A stretch of DNA of 64,000 bases from positions 245,921 through 309,920 of the forward strand of contig CAWFEX010000013.1 of assembly GCA_963814955.1 (NCBI GenBank). Direction: 5' to 3'. The DNA is from an uncultured Acidobacteriota bacterium. Its GTDB lineage: Bacteria; Acidobacteriota; Vicinamibacteria; Vicinamibacterales; UBA2999. Under the pieces are notes generated by a model. It was not told where the DNA came from. It was given only the letters and a program-made list of their open reading frames with translations, and made no database searches. Each line of letters opens with the position of its first letter. The stretch's first letter is position 1. Shown here piece by piece: positions 27,724-36,886 of this stretch. Position numbers and translations under genes: made by a program.

Positions 27724-27796
27724 TGGGGGCCGACCTTCAGGTCGGCCGTGGGGCGGGCGACACCTGTAGGGGCCGACCTTCAGGTCGGCCCGTGAC
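27724..27796. repeat. two tandem REP hairpins, family 1
   Basis: GGGGCCGACCTTCAGGTCGGCCGTGGGG and CCTGTAGGGGCCGACCTTCAGGTCGGCCCGTGAC. They end 1 nt before the stop of the DUF763 gene. Confidence 0.8.
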
Positions 27797-29014
27797 CTAG
27801 AACAAGCGGAGTTGATGTGAACCGTGTGGCTTCCGTGAGACTCGGCTCTTGTCGTCGAAGACGGTGCGCCCCCCGTGCGACCGCGAGGCTGCCCGTTCCC
27901 ACGCGATTGCGGCGTTGACGTCCGACGTCGGGTCGAGCCGCTCCTCGATGGCTCGGGTAAACGCGTCAAGACGTTTCATCCCGTGCAGCTTTTCGGAATG
28001 ACCGAGCTTTGCCGCGTGAAGCGACCGGCGGAGCACCGCGATGGATTGGTCATATACGTCCAGTGGAACAGGAAACGGATGGCCGTCTTTGCCGCCGTGC
28101 GCAAACGAAAACCTCGCCGGGTCATCGAAACGCGACGGCGCACCGTGCACGACTTCCGCCACCAGCGCCAGCGACTGCAGCGTCCGCGGACCAAGTTGTT
28201 CGAGCAGCAGAAACGAGGCGAAATCGCGCAACTCGCGATCGTGAGCGAGTGCCAGCACGGCGCCGAGCCGCTTTTCGTTGACGTCCGACGCGCGGACAGA
28301 GTGCCGCGCCGGCATCGTGAGGCGTCGTACGCTGCGAATCGTCTCGTCCGGATCGCTCCGGGCGATCGTCAGGAGGGCGTCCTGGGCAGTCCGCGCACGC
28401 GAATCCACCAGATTCATGACGGTGCCGACATGTTCTCCGACTATCGCCGAATGCGGATCGGCAGTGAAATCGCGAACCGACGCCGAGTGCCAGTGATAGC
28501 GCCGGGCGAGCCCGCTGTCTCCGTTCATTCCCTGTTGCACGATCGCCCAATCGCCTTCGGACGTAAGGACGAACGAGTGCAGATAGATCTGGAAACCGTC
28601 GGCGACAGCGTTGTTGTCTATGCGGGCGGTCAGGCGGCTGATCCGGACCAGCGAGTCGCCGTCGAGACTGTTTCGATCGGCGAGCGCACGCAGTTCGTGC
28701 GGAGTGTTGCGCGAGTGTTTGCCGCGACCGCCGCAGATGAAGATTCCCAGATCGCTGGCGCGCCGATTGAGTCCCTGCTTCAGCGCTCCCATCACCGACG
28801 TCGTGATGCCCGAGGAATGCCAGTCCATCCCGAGAACCGCTCCCAGCGCCTGAAACCAGAACGGATCGCTGAGCCGGGAGATGAATGCAGCTCGACCATA
28901 GTGATGGACCACACTTTCGGTCACAGCCGTACCGAGCGTCACCATTCGGGTCGCCAGCCACGAAGGGACGCGCCCATAGTGGAGAGGGAGATCCGCGAAA
29001 CCGGATCGAGGCAC
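27797..29014 (-). CDS. DUF763 domain protein
   Basis: GTG start. N-terminus MPRSGFADLPLHYGRVPSWL...FWFQALGAVLGMDWHSSGITTSV is characteristic of DUF763. Confidence 0.7.
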   Translation of the reverse strand: MPRSGFADLPLHYGRVPSWLATRMVTLGTAVTESVVHHYGRAAFISRLSDPFWFQALGAVLGMDWHSSGITTSVMGALKQGLNRRASDLGIFICGGRGKHSRNTPHELRALADRNSLDGDSLVRISRLTARIDNNAVADGFQIYLHSFVLTSEGDWAIVQQGMNGDSGLARRYHWHSASVRDFTADPHSAIVGEHVGTVMNLVDSRARTAQDALLTIARSDPDETIRSVRRLTMPARHSVRASDVNEKRLGAVLALAHDRELRDFASFLLLEQLGPRTLQSLALVAEVVHGAPSRFDDPARFSFAHGGKDGHPFPVPLDVYDQSIAVLRRSLHAAKLGHSEKLHGMKRLDAFTRAIEERLDPTSDVNAAIAWERAASRSHGGRTVFDDKSRVSRKPHGSHQLRLF

Positions 29015-29355
29015 GGTTCATTTTTGCACGCGCAAAGTGTGGGGGCTCACGCGTATCGAACATGGCGTCCAATCTCATCAGCAGATTTGTCGTGCAAAGC
29101 GATTGACCGGTGCCGACACATCAGCTAACGTCGCGGACGCGAACACATAACAGCGATCTGGCGACGGCTGATTGTCCATCTCAGTCCTCTCCTCGGCGTC
29201 GATCGCGCGCCCGCTGGCAGACAGTAGGGCACGTCGGATTCTCGGCACCTTGCCCCTCATCCAGTTATGGCAGTGTGCTGTCCGACGTGCTGACGGCAGG
29301 ACCTGTGTGTTGCGGACGCGGCTGGATGCTCGCCGTGGAAGGACCAATAGTCACC

Positions 29356-31002
29356 ATGCCTGATGTGTTTCTCAGCTACGCCCGGGAGGATCGCGAGCGT
29401 GCTCGGGTTCTGGCGGGCGCGCTCGAAACACAGGGCTGGTCCGTCTGGTGGGATCGCAAGATCATCGCAGGCGACACATTCGACGAAACAATCGAGGAGC
29501 AGCTCGCGACCGCCAAGAGCGTCGTCGTGCTCTGGTCGGAACAGTCGATCGGGTCCGAGTGGGTGAGAAACGAGGCAGCGGCTGCGTCCGAACGAGACGT
29601 CCTCGTTCCGGTCCTTCTGGACAACGTCAAACAGCCGCTCGAATTCCGGCGCAGACAAGCGGCCGACCTGACGCGCTGGGCTGGCGATCCGAGGGATGTT
29701 GAATTCCAAGGGCTCGTCGAAGGCATCGCCGCAAAGACGCGAACGCCGTTGCGGCCTCGAACGACGCCGCCTGTCATTGAACGCGCATGGCATCGTGTGC
29801 GGTTGAAGCCGGCACTTGCCGCGCTGGTCCTCATCGCGGGCGCCGCCGGGTACCTGATTTGGACGGTCGTGGGCCGCGATGGCGCCGTTGTAGTCGATGA
29901 ACCCGGCGTCGATCGACTGAAAGTCGTCAACGCGGCAACGTCCGATGGCCGCGATCGCGACGCCCCATTCATGCTCACTTTCGGTACGGTGCTGAAAATA
30001 AGTCTGGAACCGGACCAGGAGTACTTCCTGCGGCTTTCGGAAGGTGCGGAAGCGGTCAAGGTGGTGCTCGACATGAGACGCGTCGACTTACGAAACAGCA
30101 ACCTTCAGAGCACACTCTCTGGCCTCAACCAGGACGGGACGGTGGCAGAAGAGCGTCTGATCGATTTCAACGAGATAGACGTTGGCGCCAGAAAGACAGC
30201 CTCGTGGTCGACGAGACGAACGACGCCTGTGGGTTTCAAGCTGCTGAACGGCAACGTGCCGGCGGATTTCTGGCTCAGCGTGCGCCGGGAGCCGGCGCCG
30301 CAGTTCGTGCCTTTCTTCGGCGACGTCGTGCCGCAGCGGTTGCCGCTCGGCGAAGAGGCATCCGGAGTGCTCGAGCGCAATGAGGACGCCTATTACCTGG
30401 TACCGCTCGGGCAGGGCGAGATTCAGGTCGTCGTCGATTTCGCCAATGCGGAGAGGCGGAAGACGAATATTCAAGGATCGGTCGCGCTCCTCGATGTGGA
30501 CGGTGGAAATTCCAGGGAGATTGTCCGGTTCAATGAAATCGAGGTCTCTTCTCGCAAGATCGGAACCTTCGTGACTCGAACACCTGGTTCCATCATCGTG
30601 AACGTTCAGAACGACGACGACCCTGTCAGATTCGACTTGAGGCTCATTGCAGCCCCAGCCGGGAATACGGACATCAAACCGATCCTGCGGCGTTCGAGGG
30701 ACATCAGCGGCAAATGGGTCGCGGAGGCGACCAGGAGCGGGCAGCGCCCGTTCCAAATCGAGCTCGAGCTCGACGTCATGAATGACCGGCTGTTCGGCAC
30801 CGTGCACTACCCATCCGGCGACGCGGGCATCCAGGACGGCGAGATCGAAGGGGATCGGATCCGTTTCCGGACCGTGCACACGCCTCAATTCGACGCAGCA
30901 CCAGCCGAAATCAGATTCGACGGCCAGATTACCGGCGAGACGCTGCAATTGATTCTTCAGGATTCCACGGGGGTCGCACGCGTCACCGCCCGCCGCCGCT
31001 GA
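29356..31002 (+). CDS. TIR domain - single TM - duplicated beta-rich module protein
   Basis: ATG 29356. TIR_2-type MPDVFLSYAREDRERARVLAGALETQGWSVWWD...VVVLWSEQSIGSEWVRNEA. TM LKPALAALVLIAGAAGYLIWTVV (29803-29871). Two homologous modules of about 105 aa (29965-30285, 30334-30645) and a terminal domain of about 95 aa. Confidence 0.8.
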   Translation: MPDVFLSYAREDRERARVLAGALETQGWSVWWDRKIIAGDTFDETIEEQLATAKSVVVLWSEQSIGSEWVRNEAAAASERDVLVPVLLDNVKQPLEFRRRQAADLTRWAGDPRDVEFQGLVEGIAAKTRTPLRPRTTPPVIERAWHRVRLKPALAALVLIAGAAGYLIWTVVGRDGAVVVDEPGVDRLKVVNAATSDGRDRDAPFMLTFGTVLKISLEPDQEYFLRLSEGAEAVKVVLDMRRVDLRNSNLQSTLSGLNQDGTVAEERLIDFNEIDVGARKTASWSTRRTTPVGFKLLNGNVPADFWLSVRREPAPQFVPFFGDVVPQRLPLGEEASGVLERNEDAYYLVPLGQGEIQVVVDFANAERRKTNIQGSVALLDVDGGNSREIVRFNEIEVSSRKIGTFVTRTPGSIIVNVQNDDDPVRFDLRLIAAPAGNTDIKPILRRSRDISGKWVAEATRSGQRPFQIELELDVMNDRLFGTVHYPSGDAGIQDGEIEGDRIRFRTVHTPQFDAAPAEIRFDGQITGETLQLILQDSTGVARVTARRR

Positions 31003-31068
31003 CCAACCGGCGTTCAGCGCCGCAGGTCGGGTCACCGCGCACGTGCGTCCGAGAGCCGGGGCGCGAAT

Positions 31069-31713
31069 CTATCGCAATTGGAAGGTGACCGTAACCGTCA
31101 TCACCACCGGCACGGGCTCGCCGTTGAGCCGCGTAGGGTTGAAGAGCCACTGTCGAACCGCCTCCACGGCAGCCGCATCGAGGAGCGGAACGGATCGAAG
31201 CACTCGGACGTCCCGTACGGTTCCGTCGATTCCGATAACTGCCTCGAGAATCACGGTTCCCTTGATTCGTGCCACGCGGGCAACCTCTGGATAAACAGGC
31301 GGCACGTGGTGAACTCGCTCGGGCCTGGTAATGGCGCCGCCCACTCGAACCGGTTCCCGATCCTGCGGTGCCGGCGGCGGTGGCAGCGGCACGTCATTGA
31401 CGATGCTATTGAGCGGCACACCGTCAATCAGTGATGGGCCAACGTCGAAAGGTTCGGGAAGCGTGGGATCGGCTTCGGGCTGCACACCCTGTGGTTCCTG
31501 AACCGGCGCCGCGCTTGACGAGGCTCTGTTCACCGGCTTTTCACGCGCGCGAAAAGCTGGTGGAGGCGATGGCACGACAGGGATGACGTGGACGAACTCG
31601 ACAACGCGATGAGGCTCGGGAAGCTCGCCGGTGGCAAACAGCGGTATCCCAAGAACGAGGGCAAGAAAAACGAGATGAGCGGCGACGGACAATGCCAGCG
31701 TGACGGCACGCAT
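31069..31713 (-). CDS. energy transducer TonB
   Basis: N-terminal TM, Pro-rich linker, and C-terminal YPEVARVARIKGTVILEAVIGIDGTVRDVRVLRS...A.EAVRQW.F.P. Confidence 0.8.
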   Translation of the reverse strand: MRAVTLALSVAAHLVFLALVLGIPLFATGELPEPHRVVEFVHVIPVVPSPPPAFRAREKPVNRASSSAAPVQEPQGVQPEADPTLPEPFDVGPSLIDGVPLNSIVNDVPLPPPPAPQDREPVRVGGAITRPERVHHVPPVYPEVARVARIKGTVILEAVIGIDGTVRDVRVLRSVPLLDAAAVEAVRQWLFNPTRLNGEPVPVVMTVTVTFQLR

Positions 31714-31873
31714 GAGAGCCCTCCTTGCCGTGTTTTACGGCAACAGCGGATTTCACAATCCGCCACACAGGAAGGCCACGCCGGCGCGACCCTGTTATAT
31801 GAATTCGACACCGGTCCACGATGAGAGTTCCTCAGCTAATCGACGAAGAGGCGTTGCCCGCCCGTTCGAGGCG

Positions 31874-33490
31874 CTAGTCTGCAGGGGCAGGTAAACACTG
31901 CCATGCGCGAAACGAGCCCGTAAGGAGCGGTTTCCATACAACCGTCCGGCCGACGCTCTCTTGCAAGTGCATGCTGAGGATTTCCAGACGACCCGGTTCA
32001 CTGATGACGAGCACCGACGGATCGTCACAGATTGCCGACGGGAATGCCGACAGCCCGGACGCTTGAAGAAACGCAAGGAACTGTGGGCTCTGGTTGTTCC
32101 GGCTCAACCGAATCGTGAGCAATCGAACTTCAGGCTGGTGAAACGGTCTCCACCAGTGTTCTTCCGGAAACGTATCCCGGTGAATCACGACAAGGGAAGG
32201 GTTCAGGGCGGCGAGTGCGGCGCCATCGGCGTCTACCTGAAGGCTGTGACGATGGTTGGCGGCCATGGCCGCGAACACGGTTCGCGCCTGATATCCACAC
32301 AGGACGAGCGTCACGACAAGGACGAGCGATGCTGATTTCTTGCTCAGGTGTTCGGAACGCATGGTGGCCAGGACAACGCACACGAAACAGGCAATCATCG
32401 GTGCCAGCAGTCGAAACGGAAGGCTTTTGAAACCAACCTGCACGGCCAGGCAAAAAACGAGAAACGACAGGGCCATGGCCAGTGTCACGCCCGAATCGTG
32501 TCGACGCGACCATAGACTGACGATCAGGAGAAGTCCGACCAAGGCGGGCCAGACCTCATTCAAGCGTTCGGATACGTTTGCCGCGTCGAGGATCCACAGC
32601 CGCTGGATTGCGGCCGTCACATAATCGAGTGGTGTCAGCCGCGCCACGGTCGACTCATAAAAATCCCGAACGGGTTTCACGCTGAAACGGTCCGGATTCA
32701 CGCCCCACGCCTGTTCCAGCATCAGCCAATCGTCGGCAGTCCATCCCACCGCACGCCTGGCCCCGCCAATGTTTACCTCGCTCGGCAGCACCGATTGCCA
32801 GTTCCAATCGAACAGCGCCGTGACGAGGTCGTTCAGTTCGCGATAAGCGTCCCATTCCGGCCGCATCTTGTAGAGAGCGATATCGGCAAGATGAAGTACT
32901 GCGAAGAGACAAAGGGATGCGACGAGCAGCGCGCCCGCTGCCGCGATTCCACGCCGTCGCGCCTGCATGGCGCGCGGCAACAGGCACATGCTGACCGTGA
33001 GCGCGCCTGCCATGGCGCCGCCGGATCGCAATAGCAGGCCGAGAACCAGCAGTGCTGCTGCCATGAGCAGGACCATCCGGCGAGTTGGAGCCTCACTTTG
33101 AAGCTCAGACCAGGCGAGTGCGACCGCAGCCCCTCCGGCTATCGTGGCGCTGATGGTGTATTGCACGCTGCCGACCAGCGGCAGCATCGCCGCGGTTGCC
33201 GTTGCCGCCGCCGAGAGACGAAACGTTCTGGAAGACGACGAACCCCAGACCAGCGTTACGAACACGGCCGCACCCCACACGAGTGCTGCAGTCACTGTGA
33301 TGTCCCACGCATAGGCCGCAGGCCAGACCTGACGGACCCCGACGAGGAGCCAGCCGAGGATTGCGTTTGGCAGCAGTGCAAACCCGGTGGGCGGCTGACC
33401 GGGGATACGGGTTCCTTCCAGGACCGCACGAATTGTTGCGTCGTCGTTGGTGTCGTACGCGGGCGGAATCCACAGCCACAGAGCCAGCAC
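31874..33490 (-). CDS. polytopic membrane protein with C-terminal soluble domain, unknown function
   Basis: 538-aa ORF (GTG start) with about 10 hydrophobic segments. No motif recognised. Confidence 0.55.
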   Translation of the reverse strand: MLALWLWIPPAYDTNDDATIRAVLEGTRIPGQPPTGFALLPNAILGWLLVGVRQVWPAAYAWDITVTAALVWGAAVFVTLVWGSSSSRTFRLSAAATATAAMLPLVGSVQYTISATIAGGAAVALAWSELQSEAPTRRMVLLMAAALLVLGLLLRSGGAMAGALTVSMCLLPRAMQARRRGIAAAGALLVASLCLFAVLHLADIALYKMRPEWDAYRELNDLVTALFDWNWQSVLPSEVNIGGARRAVGWTADDWLMLEQAWGVNPDRFSVKPVRDFYESTVARLTPLDYVTAAIQRLWILDAANVSERLNEVWPALVGLLLIVSLWSRRHDSGVTLAMALSFLVFCLAVQVGFKSLPFRLLAPMIACFVCVVLATMRSEHLSKKSASLVLVVTLVLCGYQARTVFAAMAANHRHSLQVDADGAALAALNPSLVVIHRDTFPEEHWWRPFHQPEVRLLTIRLSRNNQSPQFLAFLQASGLSAFPSAICDDPSVLVISEPGRLEILSMHLQESVGRTVVWKPLLTGSFRAWQCLPAPAD

Positions 33491-33633
33491 TGCACAGACA
33501 ACGAGCGCGGCCGCAACGCCGAATGTCGCCCATTCGAATTGCCGTACCTGTGTCCTTCACCTCAATTTCCCCTCGAGGCGCAGATGCCCGTATCCTGTGT
33601 CACGTGGCGCGGAAAGACGCCACAACAACATAC

Positions 33634-34818
33634 ATGGCAACCTCAACCCGCATACAGGCGGCGGACGCGGCCTTTGCCGCCGTCAAGCGATTTTATTCGT
33701 CCTCACGTTACTCAGAGCGGCGGTCGGACCCAGGAGTGTCCGATTTCACCTTCGGCAATCCGCACGAACTGCCGTTACCCGGCCTCGTGTCAGCGATTCG
33801 CGAACGCGCACAGCCGCGCGACAAGAACTGGTTTGCTTACAAGGCGAGCGAAGCGGAACCTCAAGCGTTCCTTGCCGAACATGTGGGTCGAGAACTGGGA
33901 CTGGCTTTCGATGCCGAAGATATCGCGCTGACGACAGGCGCCTTCGCCGCCATCATGGTGGCGTTTCATCATGTCCTCGACGCCGGCGACGAAGCCATCT
34001 TCTCGGAGCCGGCATGGTTCTGCTACGAGCCACTGCTGCTCGCTGCGGCTGCCGTGCCGCGCAAGGTTGCTCTGAGCGCGCCAACATTCGATCTCGATCT
34101 TCCGGCTATTGACGCGGCGATCGGCCCGAGAACGCGGCTCGTCATCGTCAACTCGCCGCATAATCCAACCGGGCGCATTTATTCGCGCGAGGTGCTGACG
34201 GACCTGGCAGACGTTCTGGAGCGAGCCTCCACGCGCGTTGGTCACCGAATCTACCTTCTCTCGGACGAGCCGTATCGCCGGCTGCGATTCGACGGCAGGG
34301 CGTTCCACAGTCCGGCGGCTGTGTATCCATGGACGTTCATTTCCTACAGCTACGGCAAGGTCCTGCTGGCCCCCGGCCAGCGGCTCGGCTATCTGGCGAT
34401 TTCGCCGCTCATGCCGTACCCAGAGCGTCGGGCGTTCCGCGACTCGATGCTGTCAGCGCAAATGGCGCTTGGCTGGTGCTTTCCGAACGCCGTCATGCAA
34501 TACGCGGTGCCGGACCTGGAGACGCTGTCCATCGATCGACCCGCGCTGGCCCGACGACGCGATCGCCTCATGAGCGTGCTGGGCGAGAGCGGTTACGAGG
34601 TTCTGCCGCCGGAAGGCACGTTTTATCTGTGGAGCAGGTGGCCAAAAGGCGATCCATTGCAGCTCTGGACCAGGCTGGCTGACCAGAACGTGTTCGTCCT
34701 GCCGGGCAGCCTCATGAACGCGCCGGATTATTTTCGAATCAGTTTGACCGCGTCCGATGCCATGGTCGAGCGCGCACTCGAGGCGTTCCGAGAGGTCGGG
34801 CGCCACTCATACGCGTGA
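33634..34818 (+). CDS. class I/II pyridoxal-phosphate-dependent aminotransferase
   Basis: ATG 33634. NSPHNPTG motif and a PLP-lysine region SYSYGKVLLAPGQRLGY. Confidence 0.8.
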   Translation: MATSTRIQAADAAFAAVKRFYSSSRYSERRSDPGVSDFTFGNPHELPLPGLVSAIRERAQPRDKNWFAYKASEAEPQAFLAEHVGRELGLAFDAEDIALTTGAFAAIMVAFHHVLDAGDEAIFSEPAWFCYEPLLLAAAAVPRKVALSAPTFDLDLPAIDAAIGPRTRLVIVNSPHNPTGRIYSREVLTDLADVLERASTRVGHRIYLLSDEPYRRLRFDGRAFHSPAAVYPWTFISYSYGKVLLAPGQRLGYLAISPLMPYPERRAFRDSMLSAQMALGWCFPNAVMQYAVPDLETLSIDRPALARRRDRLMSVLGESGYEVLPPEGTFYLWSRWPKGDPLQLWTRLADQNVFVLPGSLMNAPDYFRISLTASDAMVERALEAFREVGRHSYA

Positions 34819-34872
34819 TGTCCGCTGCGGCCACAGTGACGTTCGCGGATCGCCGGGCGCTGGAGTCGCGAC

Positions 34873-35385
34873 GTGCTTAAGCGCAGGCACATCTACGTGC
34901 TCCTGTTCGCGGTGCCTGCGCTGCTCGTCTCACTGATCGCGGCGGCCATGGTGCTGGCCGCAACAGCGGGCGCCCTCTGGCTGTTCGTGTTCGGCGACAA
35001 TCCCTGGCCGCCGGTTGCAGACACGCTGCTTGGAGCCGTGCTCTTCCTGGCAGGTGTGGGGGTGTGGCTTGGGCTTCTGTTCGTTGCCTATACCGTTGGC
35101 AAGCAGGAGGAACTTCGCTCCACGCTCAACATGCGTCACGTAGCTCTGTCCGTTGGCGCCACGATTGTACTCATCGCGGTGATCGTCGCGCGGGTGACGG
35201 GTGTGCAGATCTTCGGAACCGCGAGCGACAGTCTAATCTGTTCGGACCTCTGTCGGGCACAGGGTTTCCCGGCCAGCGGCACGCCACCGCGGGATTCGGG
35301 CGACCGCACCTGCAGTTGCTACGACGATCAGGGAAGAGAGGCAAGACGAGTTCCCCTTCCAGGCGCGGCTTCGAGCAACCCGTAA
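34873..35385 (+). CDS. membrane protein, unknown function
   Basis: GTG start. Four hydrophobic segments. Cys-rich tail LICSDLCRAQG...DRTCSCYDD. Confidence 0.5.
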   Translation: MLKRRHIYVLLFAVPALLVSLIAAAMVLAATAGALWLFVFGDNPWPPVADTLLGAVLFLAGVGVWLGLLFVAYTVGKQEELRSTLNMRHVALSVGATIVLIAVIVARVTGVQIFGTASDSLICSDLCRAQGFPASGTPPRDSGDRTCSCYDDQGREARRVPLPGAASSNP

Positions 35386-35573
35386 CACAGGCAACCTGGC
35401 GCACGCGCCGCTCGTGAAACAGGACATCGGTGGCACTTCGTCGCCTCGACGAGGATGACACGCAAAGGCTGTTCGCGCGCCGACCGCACCACATACGGCG
35501 GCGATCTGCACTCGTCACCTGGTACCACACTTGCCCAGGTATCAGGTGCGCCTGTCCTCACAAGGGAGCGATT

Positions 35574-36203
35574 ATGCGACGCATCTCCGGATTTCTCTCG
35601 TTCCTGGTTGTCGCCGGGGTCCTCGTCATCGGGCCATCCGATGTCGCCGCACAGGAGCGCGCAGCGATCGAAGGGTTCGGCGGGCTGTCTCTCAACAACG
35701 CGCTGCAGTCGACGTCTCTGGCGCCGTCGCTGGGCGGCACCGTGACCTACAGCGTCGTGCCAAACATCCAGTTGGTCGGCGAAGCAGGCCGACTGAGTAA
35801 TGTGCTCCCGACCCTTTCGGGGACGGTGTTCTCCGTAACCGGTACCGGCGTGAGTGCGTCCGCGTTCTATGGAGAGGGAGGCGCCCGGCTGCTCCTGGCT
35901 CCAGACTCGGCGTTCACCCCGTATGCGGAAGCGACCGCCGGGATAGCACGGCTGGACATCCGCAGCGACCGGCTCAGCCCCGTGGCGAATGCCGCGACGT
36001 CGATTGCTCTTGGATATGTGGGCCGAACCACACCGACGCTCGGCGCCGGTGGGGGTTTTGTGATTCAGGGAGGGCCGATCCTCTTCGACGTCGGCTACCG
36101 CTACAAGCAGCTGTTCGCGAACGACGTCATGCGTTTCGCCCTCGGGTTTGGACAGCAGTTGCACACCCATCAAGTGCGGGTCGGGCTCGGCGTGCGGTTC
36201 TGA
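35574..36203 (+). CDS. outer-membrane beta-barrel protein
   Basis: AGGGAG upstream of ATG 35574. Signal peptide, alternating beta pattern, and C-terminal ...VRVGLGVRF with terminal Phe. Confidence 0.7.
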   Translation: MRRISGFLSFLVVAGVLVIGPSDVAAQERAAIEGFGGLSLNNALQSTSLAPSLGGTVTYSVVPNIQLVGEAGRLSNVLPTLSGTVFSVTGTGVSASAFYGEGGARLLLAPDSAFTPYAEATAGIARLDIRSDRLSPVANAATSIALGYVGRTTPTLGAGGGFVIQGGPILFDVGYRYKQLFANDVMRFALGFGQQLHTHQVRVGLGVRF

Positions 36204-36340
36204 TACGTAGTGTCCGCCTTCACCCCTCGACGATGCTCGGGGTGCCCTGAGCGTAAGTCGAAGGGCAGGCGGACCTCGCGGTCCGGCTAAAGCCGGACAC
36301 TACGTCTGCTGGGTCCGGCTAAAGCCGGACACTACGTCTG
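36204..36340. repeat. MITE-like REP composite, family 2 (inverted copy of 17931-18067)
   Basis: TACGTAGTGTCCGCCTTCACCCCTCGACGATGCTCGGGGTGCCCTGAGCGTAAGTCGAAGGGCAGGCGGAC, followed by two GTCCGGCTAAAGCCGGACACTACGTCTGC units. Confidence 0.8.
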
Positions 36341-36362
36341 CTTGGACACAACGAATGTGTGA

Positions 36363-36725
36363 CTACGAGGGTGTGACGCCCGCCTGATGGCGCGCAACAC
36401 GCGCCGCGATTGTCCGGCGATTCATGTCGATCCTGCCGTTGAACCCCGCGCCCTCGAGGATGACCACGTGGTTTGCACTGACGTTCCCGGTGACCGACGC
36501 GGAAACCGCCATCTCGACGTGTTCAGAGGCGGAAATCGAGCCGCGGACAGTGCCGCGGATATGAACGCGCTTGCCGCGGATATCCGCTTCGATGTGCGCC
36601 TGATCGGCAATCGTCACGATGGCATTCGGGACGTCGATGTTGCCTTCGACGCGACCCTCGATGAGCACATCCTCATCGCTGCACAGTCTGCCGATGATAT
36701 GTAGTGGGGCTGGAATGGTGACCAT
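36363..36725 (-). CDS. bactofilin (polymer-forming cytoskeletal protein)
   Basis: Repetitive beta-helix pattern G.L....V.IEGRVEGNI......V.I......I.ADI.GK.V.I.G.V.G.I. Confidence 0.8.
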   Translation of the reverse strand: MVTIPAPLHIIGRLCSDEDVLIEGRVEGNIDVPNAIVTIADQAHIEADIRGKRVHIRGTVRGSISASEHVEMAVSASVTGNVSANHVVILEGAGFNGRIDMNRRTIAARVARHQAGVTPS

Positions 36726-36886
36726 GGTGGTGGAGTGCGAGCCTCAGTCTACGCGTCCACATGTGTCCGCGCAACCAGTTCGTGTGACAGCATGCGGCAG
36801 GAAATTCAACCAAAGCACAGCTGTTAGGCGTTTTTCATGTTCACGCGTCTGACACGCCATACCAGGACGGAACCGACGATGTGAGC

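Noticed and set aside
27875-29128. 417-aa plus-strand ORF opposite DUF763
   Set aside because: Shadow ORF. The minus strand matches the DUF763 N-terminal signature.
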